A stretch of DNA of 64,000 nt, taken from positions 186,001 to 250,000 of the forward strand of contig OZ237749.1 of NCBI GenBank assembly GCA_965178125.1, in the 5' to 3' direction. The position numbers were made by a program, and so were the translations under genes. How positions within the stretch are numbered: position 1 is the first letter of the stretch; each line of letters opens with the position of its first letter. This DNA is from Bilabrum cf. latius. Lineage: Eukaryota. The notes beneath the pieces were generated by a model. That model was given only the letters and a program-made list of their open reading frames with translations. It made no database searches and had not been told where the DNA came from. This document shows positions 38,644-50,434 of this stretch, in pieces.

Positions 38644-39450
38644 ATGGCCGAATTTTAGTCTATAGCCCGCATACAAGTTGATCAATCCAAAAAGACGCTA
38701 CCCGCATTTTCGTACCAGTTTGCTGGCCCGGCGTTTCGCCTAGTTTTCGGAGTTGCTACGCTATTGGTTTCAAGATACTTCGGTACGTTTGAAGAAGCCT
38801 GTGAGTTCAAGCCGAGAATTCGAACATGGATGGAATACATTAATGGGGAAAATGATACGTTTTACCTGGATCAAGACGAGCAGCCTTGGCTTAATCATTC
38901 AGATCCGTCTGCTGCTCGGCTCAGGTGGGGCAACAGCTCGGACGGACGATTGTACCAAGGAAAGTTTGGGGAGGAAACCTTCGAGTCTGAGCTATTGCAC
39001 TACTTGAGCATGTACTTGGTAGGCCTTCTGATTGCTGTACCGCTCTTTGAGCTCGTTTGGAACTCTGTAGCTCGTGGATGCGCTCTCGTTGGTCCTCCAA
39101 AGTCTCGTTGGCAAGATACCTTTGATTTTTATAAGGCTTGCGGATTTGTCCGATTTTGTAGGATCGCAACAGGAATAGGCTATACCTGCGTGTTTTTTGC
39201 CTGGCTTGCCATGCTTGCCACGGTGTTCTGGCCCTGGGGTGACCCCAGCAGCTGCACTAGTTCCAGAGCATTTATACCAGCAATAGTCGCTGGCACTACA
39301 CTTGGCCTGTCATTTTTTATGCTTTTTCTCGTCATCTTTGACGAGGCCCCCATTCCTTCCCGGGAGCTGTCTACGGCATTGTTCTACTCCGGAGTCGAGT
39401 GGCTCTCGATCAAGCGACAGCGCCAGCTTGAGCAGCAGACAACGTTCTGA
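38644..39450 (+). CDS. Hypothetical multi-pass membrane protein
   Basis: ATG 38644 is in frame through TAG 38656 into ORF 38764..39450. Three to four hydrophobic helices. Ends TGA. Confidence 0.6.
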
Positions 39451-40105
39451 CTAATGCAGCAGCTGCAGTAGCGCCCAGACTGGTAGAGAATAGATGTTGC
39501 ATAACTCAGGGATCGCAGAGGATGTGCTCCGACTGAGGCGTCCAATGGCACGGTCAGTCATCATCCAGGAAGAATCTGGACTCATGGGGAAACAAGATTA
39601 CAATCTGCACCGAAGCAATAGGCAGTGTGCTGCACCCGCATTGTACATGTTTGCGCTCCAGGTGTCACTGCTAGTGATCAGGCGCGACGGGCTCAGGCCT
39701 TGTGGATGTCGCTGACACGGGCCCGTATGAATGGTCTGGATCGCGACTCCGGTGAATGCAACGTCATCCAAGCACGGCATACGTCAGTGCGAGAAACTTC
39801 TTCTTTTGCGAGACCATGCGTACGGCTGCGGGTGCCGATGTACTTTGCTCGGGGGTGGGCAGTTGTCGATGATTGGTTCGTGGAGATCCTGGACGCAGCC
39901 ACGGTGTGCATTGTCTGATTCGGACTGAGGTCCCTAGTTGCAGAGCTGGATCATGATACAATTCTACACCTTTTCGATGAATCAGCTCATTCAATTTACC
40001 TTGGCATCGCCAGATTCGGCTCCAACGAAGTGTGCCCGGAGTGTAGGCCCCTGACCCTTATGCTTGCCTATGCTTGTCGTGGTTTCAGCCCGAATCACAG
40101 CCATT

Positions 40106-41830
40106 TCAGCCAGTCCCGAGCATGACATGCGCAGGAACTTCCACTCTGCCTTGCATCCATTGCAGAGTCACCTCGTACTCGCTTGAAGGAATCTCGCCGT
40201 GCATCATCGAATACACGCTGCCGGACGTCTCCATCTCGAGCTGTGCCACGCACTCCTCATGGTCCGCGAGCACAGTCGCTGTCAGCGGGGAGCAGACAAT
40301 GGTGGCTTCTGCAGGATCCAGGGGCAACTTCACCTCGGCGCTGCCACCTGTTGTATCGGACATGTGTTGAAGCACCCGAGATCGAACCGCTCGCCACTCT
40401 GACTCGATTTTCTTGAAGAAGTGAACGGCAGGCAACTCGCAACGGACCGCGAGACCCCCTGCCAGTTTGCCCAGCCTCAGACGCTTTTCCAACTCCATGG
40501 GCCGTCCCTCGCACGCCGCTTTGAACACAATTTTTGCATCTTTGCGTGCGTCATGGGCGTGCCTGAATCGAATAATAGCATCTGCCCGCGCAGGGTTCAT
40601 GTGCTGCAGACTTGCTAGGCGCTCGGCAAGATTGGGCCTACTGAAGAGCGATAGAAGGGTGCTTCGCCAAGTATTAGACTTGCGATTGATAACGTATTGA
40701 GGCCCTAACCATCTACTCAAGTGTGTGGTGTTGCCCTGATTCAGCAGGATGATTTTGTCCAGCTTCTCGCGAGTGCAATGGAGTAGAGCAACAAAGAGCC
40801 GGAGGCTTTGCTACGACGCGTACTATCGAGTAGACCCGCCGAAGGGAGCGGCTTTCTGAACCAGCACCAGGCAGGCATCTTCGTGCCTAAATCTTGCTGC
40901 GATGTCGAGAGGACGTAGCCTCTGGCATACTCCGCCCTGCGGCAATAGCACGACGCTCATGTATTGGGGCCTTAACGGGGCCTTAACGTGCATTCTGAAA
41001 CCACTCCAATGCAGTCTGGTCACCATGCACTTCTTTCCGCGCGTTGCACTTACCGGTCGATCACTCTCAAGGCCTTCCATGCTTGAGCCACGGCGAACCA
41101 GCAACTCGCAGACTTCGGCATGCCCAAACCACGCAGCGATACTAAGCGCGGTGAGTTCCACCTGCGTAGAATTATTTTGTTCATGTCAACCGACAGTTGT
41201 GAGCTCCACTGTGACCTAATCAAATTCTGAGCGCGCTGCTCGCAGGTTGGAAGAGAGGCTTGTGTGTGGTCAAGGTCATATAGTGTCGTATTCATCATGC
41301 GCTTGCTCTCACTGAGTTGGCTGCTTGACTAATATTGAATGCGCCTCTAAAAGCCCGAGGGAATGAGCAGACGGTAGATCCATCCTTTTTGCGCTGTCAA
41401 TTGCTGTTCCAATGTCAAGCAAGAAATTGCTCAATCGCACATCTCCAGCACGAGCAGCCGCGTGCAGCGGTGCGTACCCGGGCTGCAACACAAGTTTTGA
41501 GCAATCAAAGTTTCAATTTATAGTGGAAGGTTGAAGAATGTTGAATGCTGCCCTGATGCTAGTCTGCTGGACATACCATCGCTCGAAGCAGGTTCTTGAT
41601 TTCTTGACCATAGGATTCATCCTCTTCAGTTGACTAGCGTGATTTTCCCACGATGGCAAATTCTTCCCTTTCAAGTTGTGTTGTAAGTTCTATTGATTTT
41701 GCTGCGCAAACGATCAAAGCACTAGAGAGAAACCGGATCGTTAAGTACTCCTAGTTGTACTGTTGGCGAGTGCGATCTATTTTCTCCTGTATCTACTGCA
41801 ATACGTACAGGTGTGTACCCTACGTATCTT
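40106..41830 (-). CDS. Multi-exon ankyrin-repeat protein with the shared C-terminal module (5' end uncertain)
   Basis: GYAPLHAAARAGD, exon 41054..41161 (LTALSIAAWFGHAEVCELLV), last exon 40106..40936 (RPLDIAARFRHEDAC..AACEGRPMELEKRLRLGKLAGGL) with TAG at 40823 and 40811. Ends TGA. Confidence 0.7.
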
Positions 41831-42114
41831 TTTGAACTAACTGGAGCAAGGAATGAGAACCTGCTTGATCCTAAATGGGCCTGCAGTGAATTACCGGAAC
41901 ACCGCATGAGTGGCGAAAGTTGGTGAAAAAAGTCGCACGAGAAAGAATTGTTGCATTGCCAAGCCTGCCGGTAGATTTTGCAATGATCACCCTCTTTCCG
42001 ATACATGCTTTGTTGGATCATTGAGGCTAGCGAACCATGCAAAGCCAAACCTGAAATAGATCTTGCTGAATTTAGCACGAGATGGAAACAATCGCAGCAC
42101 CACCCCATGCCCCA

Positions 42115-44124
42115 TCAAATTGCTCCAAGGATGCCTCCAAGTCTCACAACTACCACACCATCGTCCCACTGGAACGTAACGATGTGCCGCTGCACGTGAG
42201 CTGCGAGCACCTCCTGCAGCCCGCAGGCCCTGCCTTCCTCTTGAAGCATTTCCTGAACCGCCTCGCCATGGAAATCCTCCCCAGCCATGAGCTTTACCAG
42301 AACGAGCATGCAGTCGTGGTGCTCCCCGATCGCGGCGGCAGCCAAGGGCGTGCACAGCAACTCCACGGACGCGGAGTCCTCGGGCACATCGCAAGGCGCG
42401 CCACTAGTGTTTGAGATCGGGCAGTGTTCAAAAAGCACGGCTCTGACTCGCTCATGGGCTGCCTTTGTTTGCACTAGCTCCGATAACTTGATCGGAACCT
42501 ATCTTTCTAGCGCTCCAGCCAGTTTGCCCAGCCTGAGCCGCTTGGCCAGCTCCATGGGTCGGCCCTCCCGAGCCGCCCTGAACGCGATTCTCGCATCTCG
42601 TTGCGCATCGTGGGCGTGTCGGCATCGAACGATTGCATCCGTTCGCGAGGGATCCAGATGAACCAAGTCACGCAGGCACTCTTTGCGCCTAAAGTGCCTG
42701 AACACCTGCCCTAGCATCAACCTCCTGCTGCTCTTCGCATGGCCCTATGCGACCTTCAGGGCGACGGTGTCGCTGCCGTAGCAGCGAAAATTCAGCTCGC
42801 TCGGTGCAAGCCAGGCCCCGCCACTGTATCTCAGCAGACCAACAAGGGTCCGAAAGCTGCCGCACGAAGCAAAGTGGACTGTTTCCGGTCCAGCCATGGC
42901 GCCGTGCTTCATGAGAGCGAGGCAAGCGTTCTCGTGCATGTCGCAAGCGGCAACCTCGAGCGGGGTTTTCCCATCCTGCTCTACCGTGAATACATAACAA
43001 AGCAGAAAATGGAGTGATCACCGAAATCAAGTAGCACATGCCACCGTGGCAACGTGGCGACAGAATCAAGACTCGGCGAGGAAAGGATCAGTTGGTGGGC
43101 GTATAACCCAGACAAGCCCTCATATTTGGCTAGACTAGAGGTCATGTCTAATCTCACGTCTCGAACATGCGCATGATTCGCGCCCCGCTCCAGCAGCAGC
43201 TCGCATACATCAGCCTGTCCCTTCCAAGCAGCGAGCATCAGGGGAGTGTGGCCACCCTGTGAGTGTTCGGATCCTTGACAAGCGTGGATCGGCCCCAATC
43301 GCAAATATAGGGACTTGGCACGCAGTAGGATCACCGGTTCATTCACCACCTTCATTTTGTGCTTCTCACTTGCATAACTGGGTCAACTAAGGCGCCTGCA
43401 TCGAGCAGCATCTGGCAGATTTCCCGGTGACCCTTTTCAGCGGCAATCAGGAGCGGGTTGTATCCTCCCTGCGAAGTGCAGTGGCAATACATTTGCAGCG
43501 TTGAGGGCCTTGTCATTGAATCCTACCCCGACGAACCGGTGGCTAGGGTACGGTGGTAGTCTAGCCAACTTCAGCTTTTTGCTTACATACTTCGGCTGGT
43601 TCGGATCCGAGTTTGCTTTCAGGAGATGTTCCACAATGTCTTTGTGCCCGTATTCCGCCGCGATAAACATAGGGGTGGCGCCATGCTGCGAGTGTTGCGC
43701 GGTGGTTGCACAAGTGGCGGTCCTGCGGTGCAAGGCTAGGCAGTGTGGTGTGCCGCCTCAATCGAGATACTTACGATGTCCATCGGGTCTGGATACGCTC
43801 CATGACGTAAAAGATACTGCACACTCAGTGTTTGGCCTTCCAGAGCTGCAAAGAATAGTGGGGTCCGCCCAGCCTGCGAGCATTGGTTCGATCCATTTTT
43901 GCTGGTGATCAGGTTGCTCTAGCTAGTTTGCACCTGAAGAGAACGAACATTCGAAGCTTGGTACTATAAGCTCACCTATGTCGAAGTATCAGGATCGACC
44001 CCAGAGCTGAGAACCTTGGCAGCTTCGTTTGATCCAACAAAAGAAAGAGAATGCAGAGGCCTAGCTGACAGCTGCGATCGGTGGATACAAGCATGAATGA
44101 GTTTTCATTTACCTGTCCCTGCAT
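42115..44124 (-). CDS. Multi-exon ankyrin-repeat protein with the shared C-terminal module (start approximate)
   Basis: Four 99-nt phase-0 exons (43775..43873, 43587..43685, 43370..43468, 43158..43256), each one TPLxxAAxxG ankyrin repeat. Last exon 42115..42975 has TAG at 42745 and 42499. Ends TGA. Confidence 0.82.
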
Positions 44125-44475
44125 GCTACATCCACGCAAAAGTAACACAGAACCCTACTGGCAACTTTGCTCACTGTGTAAAGCGCTTCACCGTACAGCA
44201 CATAGTCTAGCCTCTCCATCGTTGCGTCCAAATCAAAAAATGTAAGTCTTTCCATCAGATTCACTTGTAATACTTGTACAAAATAGCTACAATTTAAAAA
44301 ATGTCGCTAAGATTTGATTGTTGAGTCCGCTGGTGAAGCATCAAAGCAAAATTTCTCGGATCTTCAGTTTATCTGTGATGGTGTGATGAGTATCTCGAAT
44401 CCATGAAGATGAAGATTCAAATGCAGTTCGTATTTTTTCAGTTGCGGCTGCTGCGGCCAAAGTACAACGAATATC

Positions 44476-47400
44476 ATGGATTCAAACGGTAGCTTGGAAA
44501 TAGATGCTGTATCTTCATTGCTTGATAGGCACTAGCGTGCTGCTTTCGACCAAATTAGTAGACTGCAGAGCCACTTGAGAAAATGCGCTCAAGCTCAAGC
44601 ATTATGTGTGAGTTATGGGCATGTCGCAGAGCCATGAAGGTGATTATGACTCATATATCACGAGCACCATTTTCTGTTGGTCTGCATATCCCCGCAGCGT
44701 TTCCAAGAGGCGTACGCAAGCATCGATGAGTTTGTCAGGGAGCAAGTTGATGCGACAGGTGCCGGTAGTCCGCTTGACGCGACACTTGCTTATTCACTTG
44801 AGCTTCGTGGCTCACTAGAATCTGGAATCAAGCGCGCGTCAGCGTTCGAGGAGAACGTATTCGCCGCAACATCGCGAATTGAGCACGAGGTGAACGTCGC
44901 CCTTCGTGCCGCGAACGGCGGAGCCGTCAGGCTTGCCGGAACGGAAGATGGTGAAGCGTGCATCCAGCTCGATGTCCCTGGTTCCAGCTTGCACGTGCCT
45001 GGCGCGAACGAATCGGATACATTGTCGGCGTGTGCCCTCCTTTGGGAAGTGGCCGAGTCGAGCTTGCTGCGAGCCAAGGGGCTGGCAGCACCCAGGGTCC
45101 TCCGGGCGATCTAGGAGCGCCTCTGCCCCGGCATGGACAGCCAAGGCGTGATGGGGCTGCATTCTGCTCTGCAGTGCCCCTCCCTCCAGGCCGCTCTGTC
45201 GGCGAACGTGGGCGGATCCGCAGGCCGCGCCACGCTCGTCGAGGCTGCGTGGGGCTGTGCGGCTCGCTGCCTCCTCTGCGGCGATGTGGGATTCGCAGGG
45301 ACGATTGTGATGGCCATTAAAGACAGCGGTGCGGGTGGTTCGGGTGCAGACGCCGTCCATGAGGCGCTTGAGGGACTGTGCGGTGTCCTCGAACAGACGA
45401 GGCTGGGCAGGCTGACACTGCGGGGGCAAGCAGGCCTGGTGGAGGCCGACGAGGACGAGCTGGACAATGACGAGCAAGAGGGCCGGCGACTGGGACTCAG
45501 GCACTGCGACGTCTTGGATACCTCTGCGGCGGCCGCTGAAGCGGTCCGCAGCAGGGGTCGCACCCGGGGTCGATTCCGGGAGTGGCAGGCCTCCACTCGA
45601 AAAATGGCGGGCGATCTCGGCGTGCAGGCCACGGGCGTCCAGCTTAGGATGGAGCCTGCCACTGGAGCAGGGACAGCTGCGCAAGGTGGTGCGGACCTGC
45701 CGATGGCCGCAGCAGGCATGGTCAGAATCCTGTGCGGTGACGTCATTCGGGGTCTCGAGACTCTGGCCGACCTCCCCGTCCTCACCGCGGATGCGATCTC
45801 CGCGATTGCGGGTGCGGCTGAGTCCAAGGAGGAAGCAGGCGCGATTCTATCCGAGCGAGAGGTCGCGCGCATCGCGGCAGAGGCAGGCGGGGCAGAGCAT
45901 CTCTCCCCGGCGTGGTCGCACCACGTCATCTGCGCTGTGCTGTGCTCGGGCGGATTTGCCGAGCTCTCTGGGGATGGAGTCGCTGCCGCAATTCGTGCTG
46001 CTGTACGGACGCAAGGTGAGCAAGCTGCCGCGCAAGGCCTGCCCGAGGCATGCGCCGCAGCGTGCGAGGGCGTGGTGCCGCCTGCACTGCAGTGGATGCT
46101 GGATCGCGGGGAGACCCTCTGCCCGGCCCTCCTGGCTGTGCTGCTGCAGGGTGCAGGGCACATTGCGCCTTCGGGGCTGCGACTGGGAGAAGGAGGCGAG
46201 CCGTTGCTGTCGCGGTATGGCATCGGGCTCCGGGACACTCTCGTTTTGGATGCGGCGCACGATGCCATGCAGCTTGCCGGGTGTGCGGGGCAAGCGGATG
46301 CACCCGGCGCAAGGGAGCTTCTGGCTGGCGTGCCGTCTCTTGATAGAGACGCAGAGGACGGACAGGATGTACCTGCGGGCGAGCAGTCGTCGGGAGGCAC
46401 ATTGCCCCCTTGGGCAGTTGCGTTTCGATATGCGCTTCTGTGCACCGACCACGCCGAGCGCGTCGCCCTGCGGGTGGCGGCTACCATGCTGGAGCGGCAG
46501 TCTTTCTCGAGCGATGCGGATGCCTCTGCGGCGGTGGACATGGCACAGCGGGCTGGGATGCATGCCCTTGCCCGCCGGATTGCATCCCGCCGGGGTCAGG
46601 CCTGGCTGGATCGACGGAGGCTCGATTGCGCCCTCAGGTGGTTCGCCTCTTCGGAGGACTCGCAGGGGCTTTGGAAGGTCGGGTCCGTCCTTCTCGCGCT
46701 CCTCGTGGGCCCCAACCAGCAGCCTACTCTGCCTCCTGCGGCTGCCAAACAGGTCCGGGAGGCTGCACCGGAGGATCGTGCAGTCCTCTCTCGAGACCTG
46801 GCCAGCGAGCGGGAGCAGGTGGATGCTCTGTCTCTAGCCTACGCTTGCCTCGTGCTGCGCCCGCTCCTGCCTGGTGGCATGGGCGGCAGCGGTGGTGGTG
46901 AGGATATAGCCGAAGAGCAGTGGGCGAGCGACCCAAGGCTAGATGGCCCGCAGGGTTCAAACGGTAGGGCCGGTGCGGTTGGCGCGATGCCGCCTCCCAT
47001 GACCCACGACTCTGTGCTGATGACTCTCGCGAGCAGTCAGGTGCTGCTCACCTGCGTGCATGTTGCGTGCGCCCGCTTGGCCGTGGCAGATGCTGCTAGC
47101 TGCCTGCGCTCTTCGCAGCGGCTTCCCGATGCTTCCTTTGGATTTTCCAGAGCAGCATACAGGCGTTGGTTCAGCGGGACAGCAGTGCAGCAGGGACTCG
47201 GTCCCATCGCCGCGAATGCAGCCTCTGCTGTGGGCGGCGCTATCTAGCGCAGCCAGGGGGTGCGCGCTGGCACGGTCTTGTTTTTGGACTTGCACCGCAC
47301 GGCAGCAGGCCGGTGTTCCCTGGCCCACGTGTCGTACCAGAGGCAGGGAGCTGTTCTCGAGGTGGTTCCTCACCCGGGCAGCGGTGGGTCGGAATGGGTC

Positions 47401-48840
47401 CGGCGCGCTAGCCTGCGCAGGGCAGCCCTGATGCTGCACGGTCTCATTGCGGGCTCTCTTGCAGAGCGCTGCCCGCGCGTGCTGGTGGGCCCGCTCCTGC
47501 AGCGGGCTCTCCGAGGCGGCCTGCTGGACGCCTCGCCCTGCCCCTTCACGGCGGCCGAGGCCAGCGGCCTCGTGGCGGCCCTGGAGCTACAGAGAGACCA
47601 GCTCGAGAGAGAGACAGCGAGGCGACGTGGGCCCCAATCGGAGGGCCAAGGTGCCGCGGCGCTGCTTCCTGCAAGCGGGGCACTTCTTGGCATCAAGGAG
47701 GCGGAGGAGGCGGTGCGAGAGTCGCACCACGGGCTGGATGGAGGCTCCTCACAGGCCGACCGGTTCCGACCCATCGCTTCGATGGAGGCGCGAAGCACCA
47801 CGGCACCTTCGCTGGACCTGCGGGCGCAGGCTGCTCTCGGCGGCCTTGCAGTATCGGAGATGGACGCCATCCTCGAGTCGCTTCTGGCGTGCTACTCGAG
47901 GGCGGTTCTGCAGGAAGCAGACGGCCTAGGACCAGTGGCTACCGGCCATATCGAGGCTGACGGTGGTACAGATACCTCCTACGGCAGAGATAATGCTACA
48001 TCGGTGATGAGCAAGTTGTGGGACACCTGCAGGGGCGCCGAAACGGGCCCGAAGAGGTTCTTTGCAGGTGGTCGAGAGAGGTTCGTGCTAGAGGGCGAGC
48101 TGCCCGCTGTCGGCGCGGTGGCTGCGGGTGCTGCGGCGATCGTGTCCCCGCAGTTCGTTCAAGCCGAAATTGCATCGTCAGAAGCCGGCATGGCGTTGGG
48201 GGTTTCACCTACTCAGCCCGTTGGGGTGGACGAGTCGATGTCGGGGCTGCCTGACCCCATGGCTGCCTCAATGTTGATGGGCTTCGGTAGGGGCAAGGGC
48301 GGCAACGGTGGTGCTACTGCCGGTGCTAGCGGGGTATCCAGTGGAGTGCATGGCACCGCATAGCCCTCCAACGGGGCTGAATACAGTCTGGACTCGGCTC
48401 CCGGCGGGCTTGCATCGGGTGCGGCACTGCAGCCGCTTGCCTCCAGTATGCGGTCAGAGTCATGGCTGCAGGCGCCTTCTAAGGCAGGGGCGGCTGTGTT
48501 CGGTACTGCCTTTGGATCCAGTACGCCTGTCAGTGGTGGGGGTGACCACATGAGGCGGTCTAGCGCCCGTGGAGGTTCCGGTTTGGCTGCTGGTGCGCGG
48601 TCGCAGTTGCGTGGTACGTCGTCAGGAGGCAAGGTGGCGACTGCAATCGGAAAAGATTCAAAGGCGTCTGGTACGCCTGTTTTGCCGAGCAGCGGTACAT
48701 TCCGTGCCAGAGCGAGCGGCGGGTTGCCTGGCTTTGGCTCTCCTGGTCTGCCGTCCGCTGGGATGGACATTTTCGGGTTTGGGGATGATGAGGATGCGGG
48801 CGGGGCTGGTGTGGGCAGCGTAGCAATGGATTCGCTCTGA
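44476..48840 (+). CDS. NUP85: Nucleoporin Nup85-like protein with a long C-terminal extension
   Basis: ATG 44476, intron 44608..44697, one frame through TAG 44533, 45112, 47245 and 48361. PWAVAFRYALLC..MLER....DADASAAVDMAQRAGM..LARRIA..ALRWF matches the Nup85 C-terminal helical pattern as I recall it. Ends TGA TGA. Confidence 0.68.
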
Positions 48841-50300
48841 TGACTGGTATCAACGATTGGGACCACGCAGTAGATGGTGGCGTTTTTGAATTTATGCGGA
48901 TTCAAACAAGCAGGAACGAGCAAGCTGCTCCAGCATCTGCCGCGTTGGTTGGCAGGCGGTCCGGAGGGAGAGACAAAGAGCCCTAAGCACTGGGCTACCG
49001 CAAGAAGTGCAGCAGGCTGCAGAAGCTCCAACCGCATGCGTATGGGTCGCATCTGCACCTCTTCATTCTCCCGGCAGCAAACCCCTGACGCACATGCCCT
49101 CTGCCGCGGCTGCATTGCATTGCATGCCATGGGCCACGGATCGCCGAGTGCCGAAGCGAAGGACTTGATTGCCTCACGGCGTTTAGCGCTTCCTTGAGCA
49201 CATGTGAGCAAGCATTTGCATGCAATGCTGGCTGTAATGTCTCCCGGGCCTTTGCCTGACGCGCATGTCAGCAGGAAGCTGATGCGCGTCTCACCAGCGG
49301 GATTGTCTGCCGCGACGAGCTCACTCCTGGCCTTTACGGAGCCTCGTAGGAGTTGCAGCAGCACCTGCAGAATCCGCAAGTCGGCCTCAGCAGCGGTACT
49401 GGGGTCATTGAACACTTTTGACGGATTCATGGTGTGCTGTAGCGCATCGAAGGCCCCGGCATCAACCGCCGTTCGGCATGCCTCGCTCGACGCCACGCAT
49501 AGGTGCCTCAGGGCCGTGAGGGCGCCAAACTGAATAGACGGGGTCAAGATTCCCAGCATATGAACTACGCTCTCAATTATTTTGGCCGTGGGTTCGTGAC
49601 CAGCGAGAAGATCACCTTCGATGCTGCACACGATGCGGCAAGCCGCATGCAAGCTGGCGGCGTCGGTGTAGCTGTCGGCGAGAGCGCTGACCGACTTGCT
49701 GATGCCGCATTCCACCGCGACAGATTGTATTTCTACACTATTTTCCATCAGCTTGGACACTGCCCAGGATGCCTCTTCCATTATCTTTGGACAGGCTGCG
49801 CCCAGTAGCACGACGAGCGGGGGAATAGCGCCGGCCTCAGCTACTGCCTGGCTCCTCTCTTCGTTCTCATGAGCAAGCTAGGTCATTGATCGAACTGACC
49901 ACCGAATGCTTGCATCGGTCGTGGGGACACGAAGTCCACTTCGATCGACTGAAGTGCCCTTGATGATACCGACTAGTCCGTCGAGCAACCCTTCTTGCTC
50001 GATCAAAACTTTCTTGCACTCGTCGCAACCCCACGCGACGCCATCGATAGCATGGGTTACAGCTTCGACTGTTTTCGAGTTTCGGGACTTGAGCAGACGT
50101 ACCAGGTGTGGGATCACTCCGCTTCGCGCAACCTCAAGCTTCTATCCATCTCCGATTGCCCAGCGGCTAACAAGCCCTGCTGCGATTTCAATCTCGGATT
50201 CGTTTTCGCTCTGGAGTTTTTGTACAATATCTAGCCAGTCCATCCTTGCTTCACGTGTCTCGGTTAGGTGCAACGTGGGCCGGTCAACTTCGATCCGCAT
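48213..50300 (-). CDS. Armadillo-repeat protein (true 3' end uncertain)
   Basis: GVIPHLVRLL, VAEAGAIPPLVVLLG, AVDAGAFDAL ARM motifs. ATG 50300, TAG at 50142 and 49878. The first in-frame stop is at 48213, inside the convergent Nup85-like gene. Confidence 0.7.
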
Positions 50301-50434
50301 GGACAGACTTGCACAGGTGTTACGACAAGAGCAGGCAACCGGTGTGATTGAACATATTCACTTCGACATAGAGCTGCACGCAGAGTATCTGGTATGCATA
50401 CGTTTTCCCGGCGTCGGATGCGCCCCCGAAGCAT

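Noticed and set aside
39460-40100. Short ORFs between the membrane gene and the ankyrin cluster
   Set aside because: No consistent frame or recognisable motif, even with TAG read as Gln.
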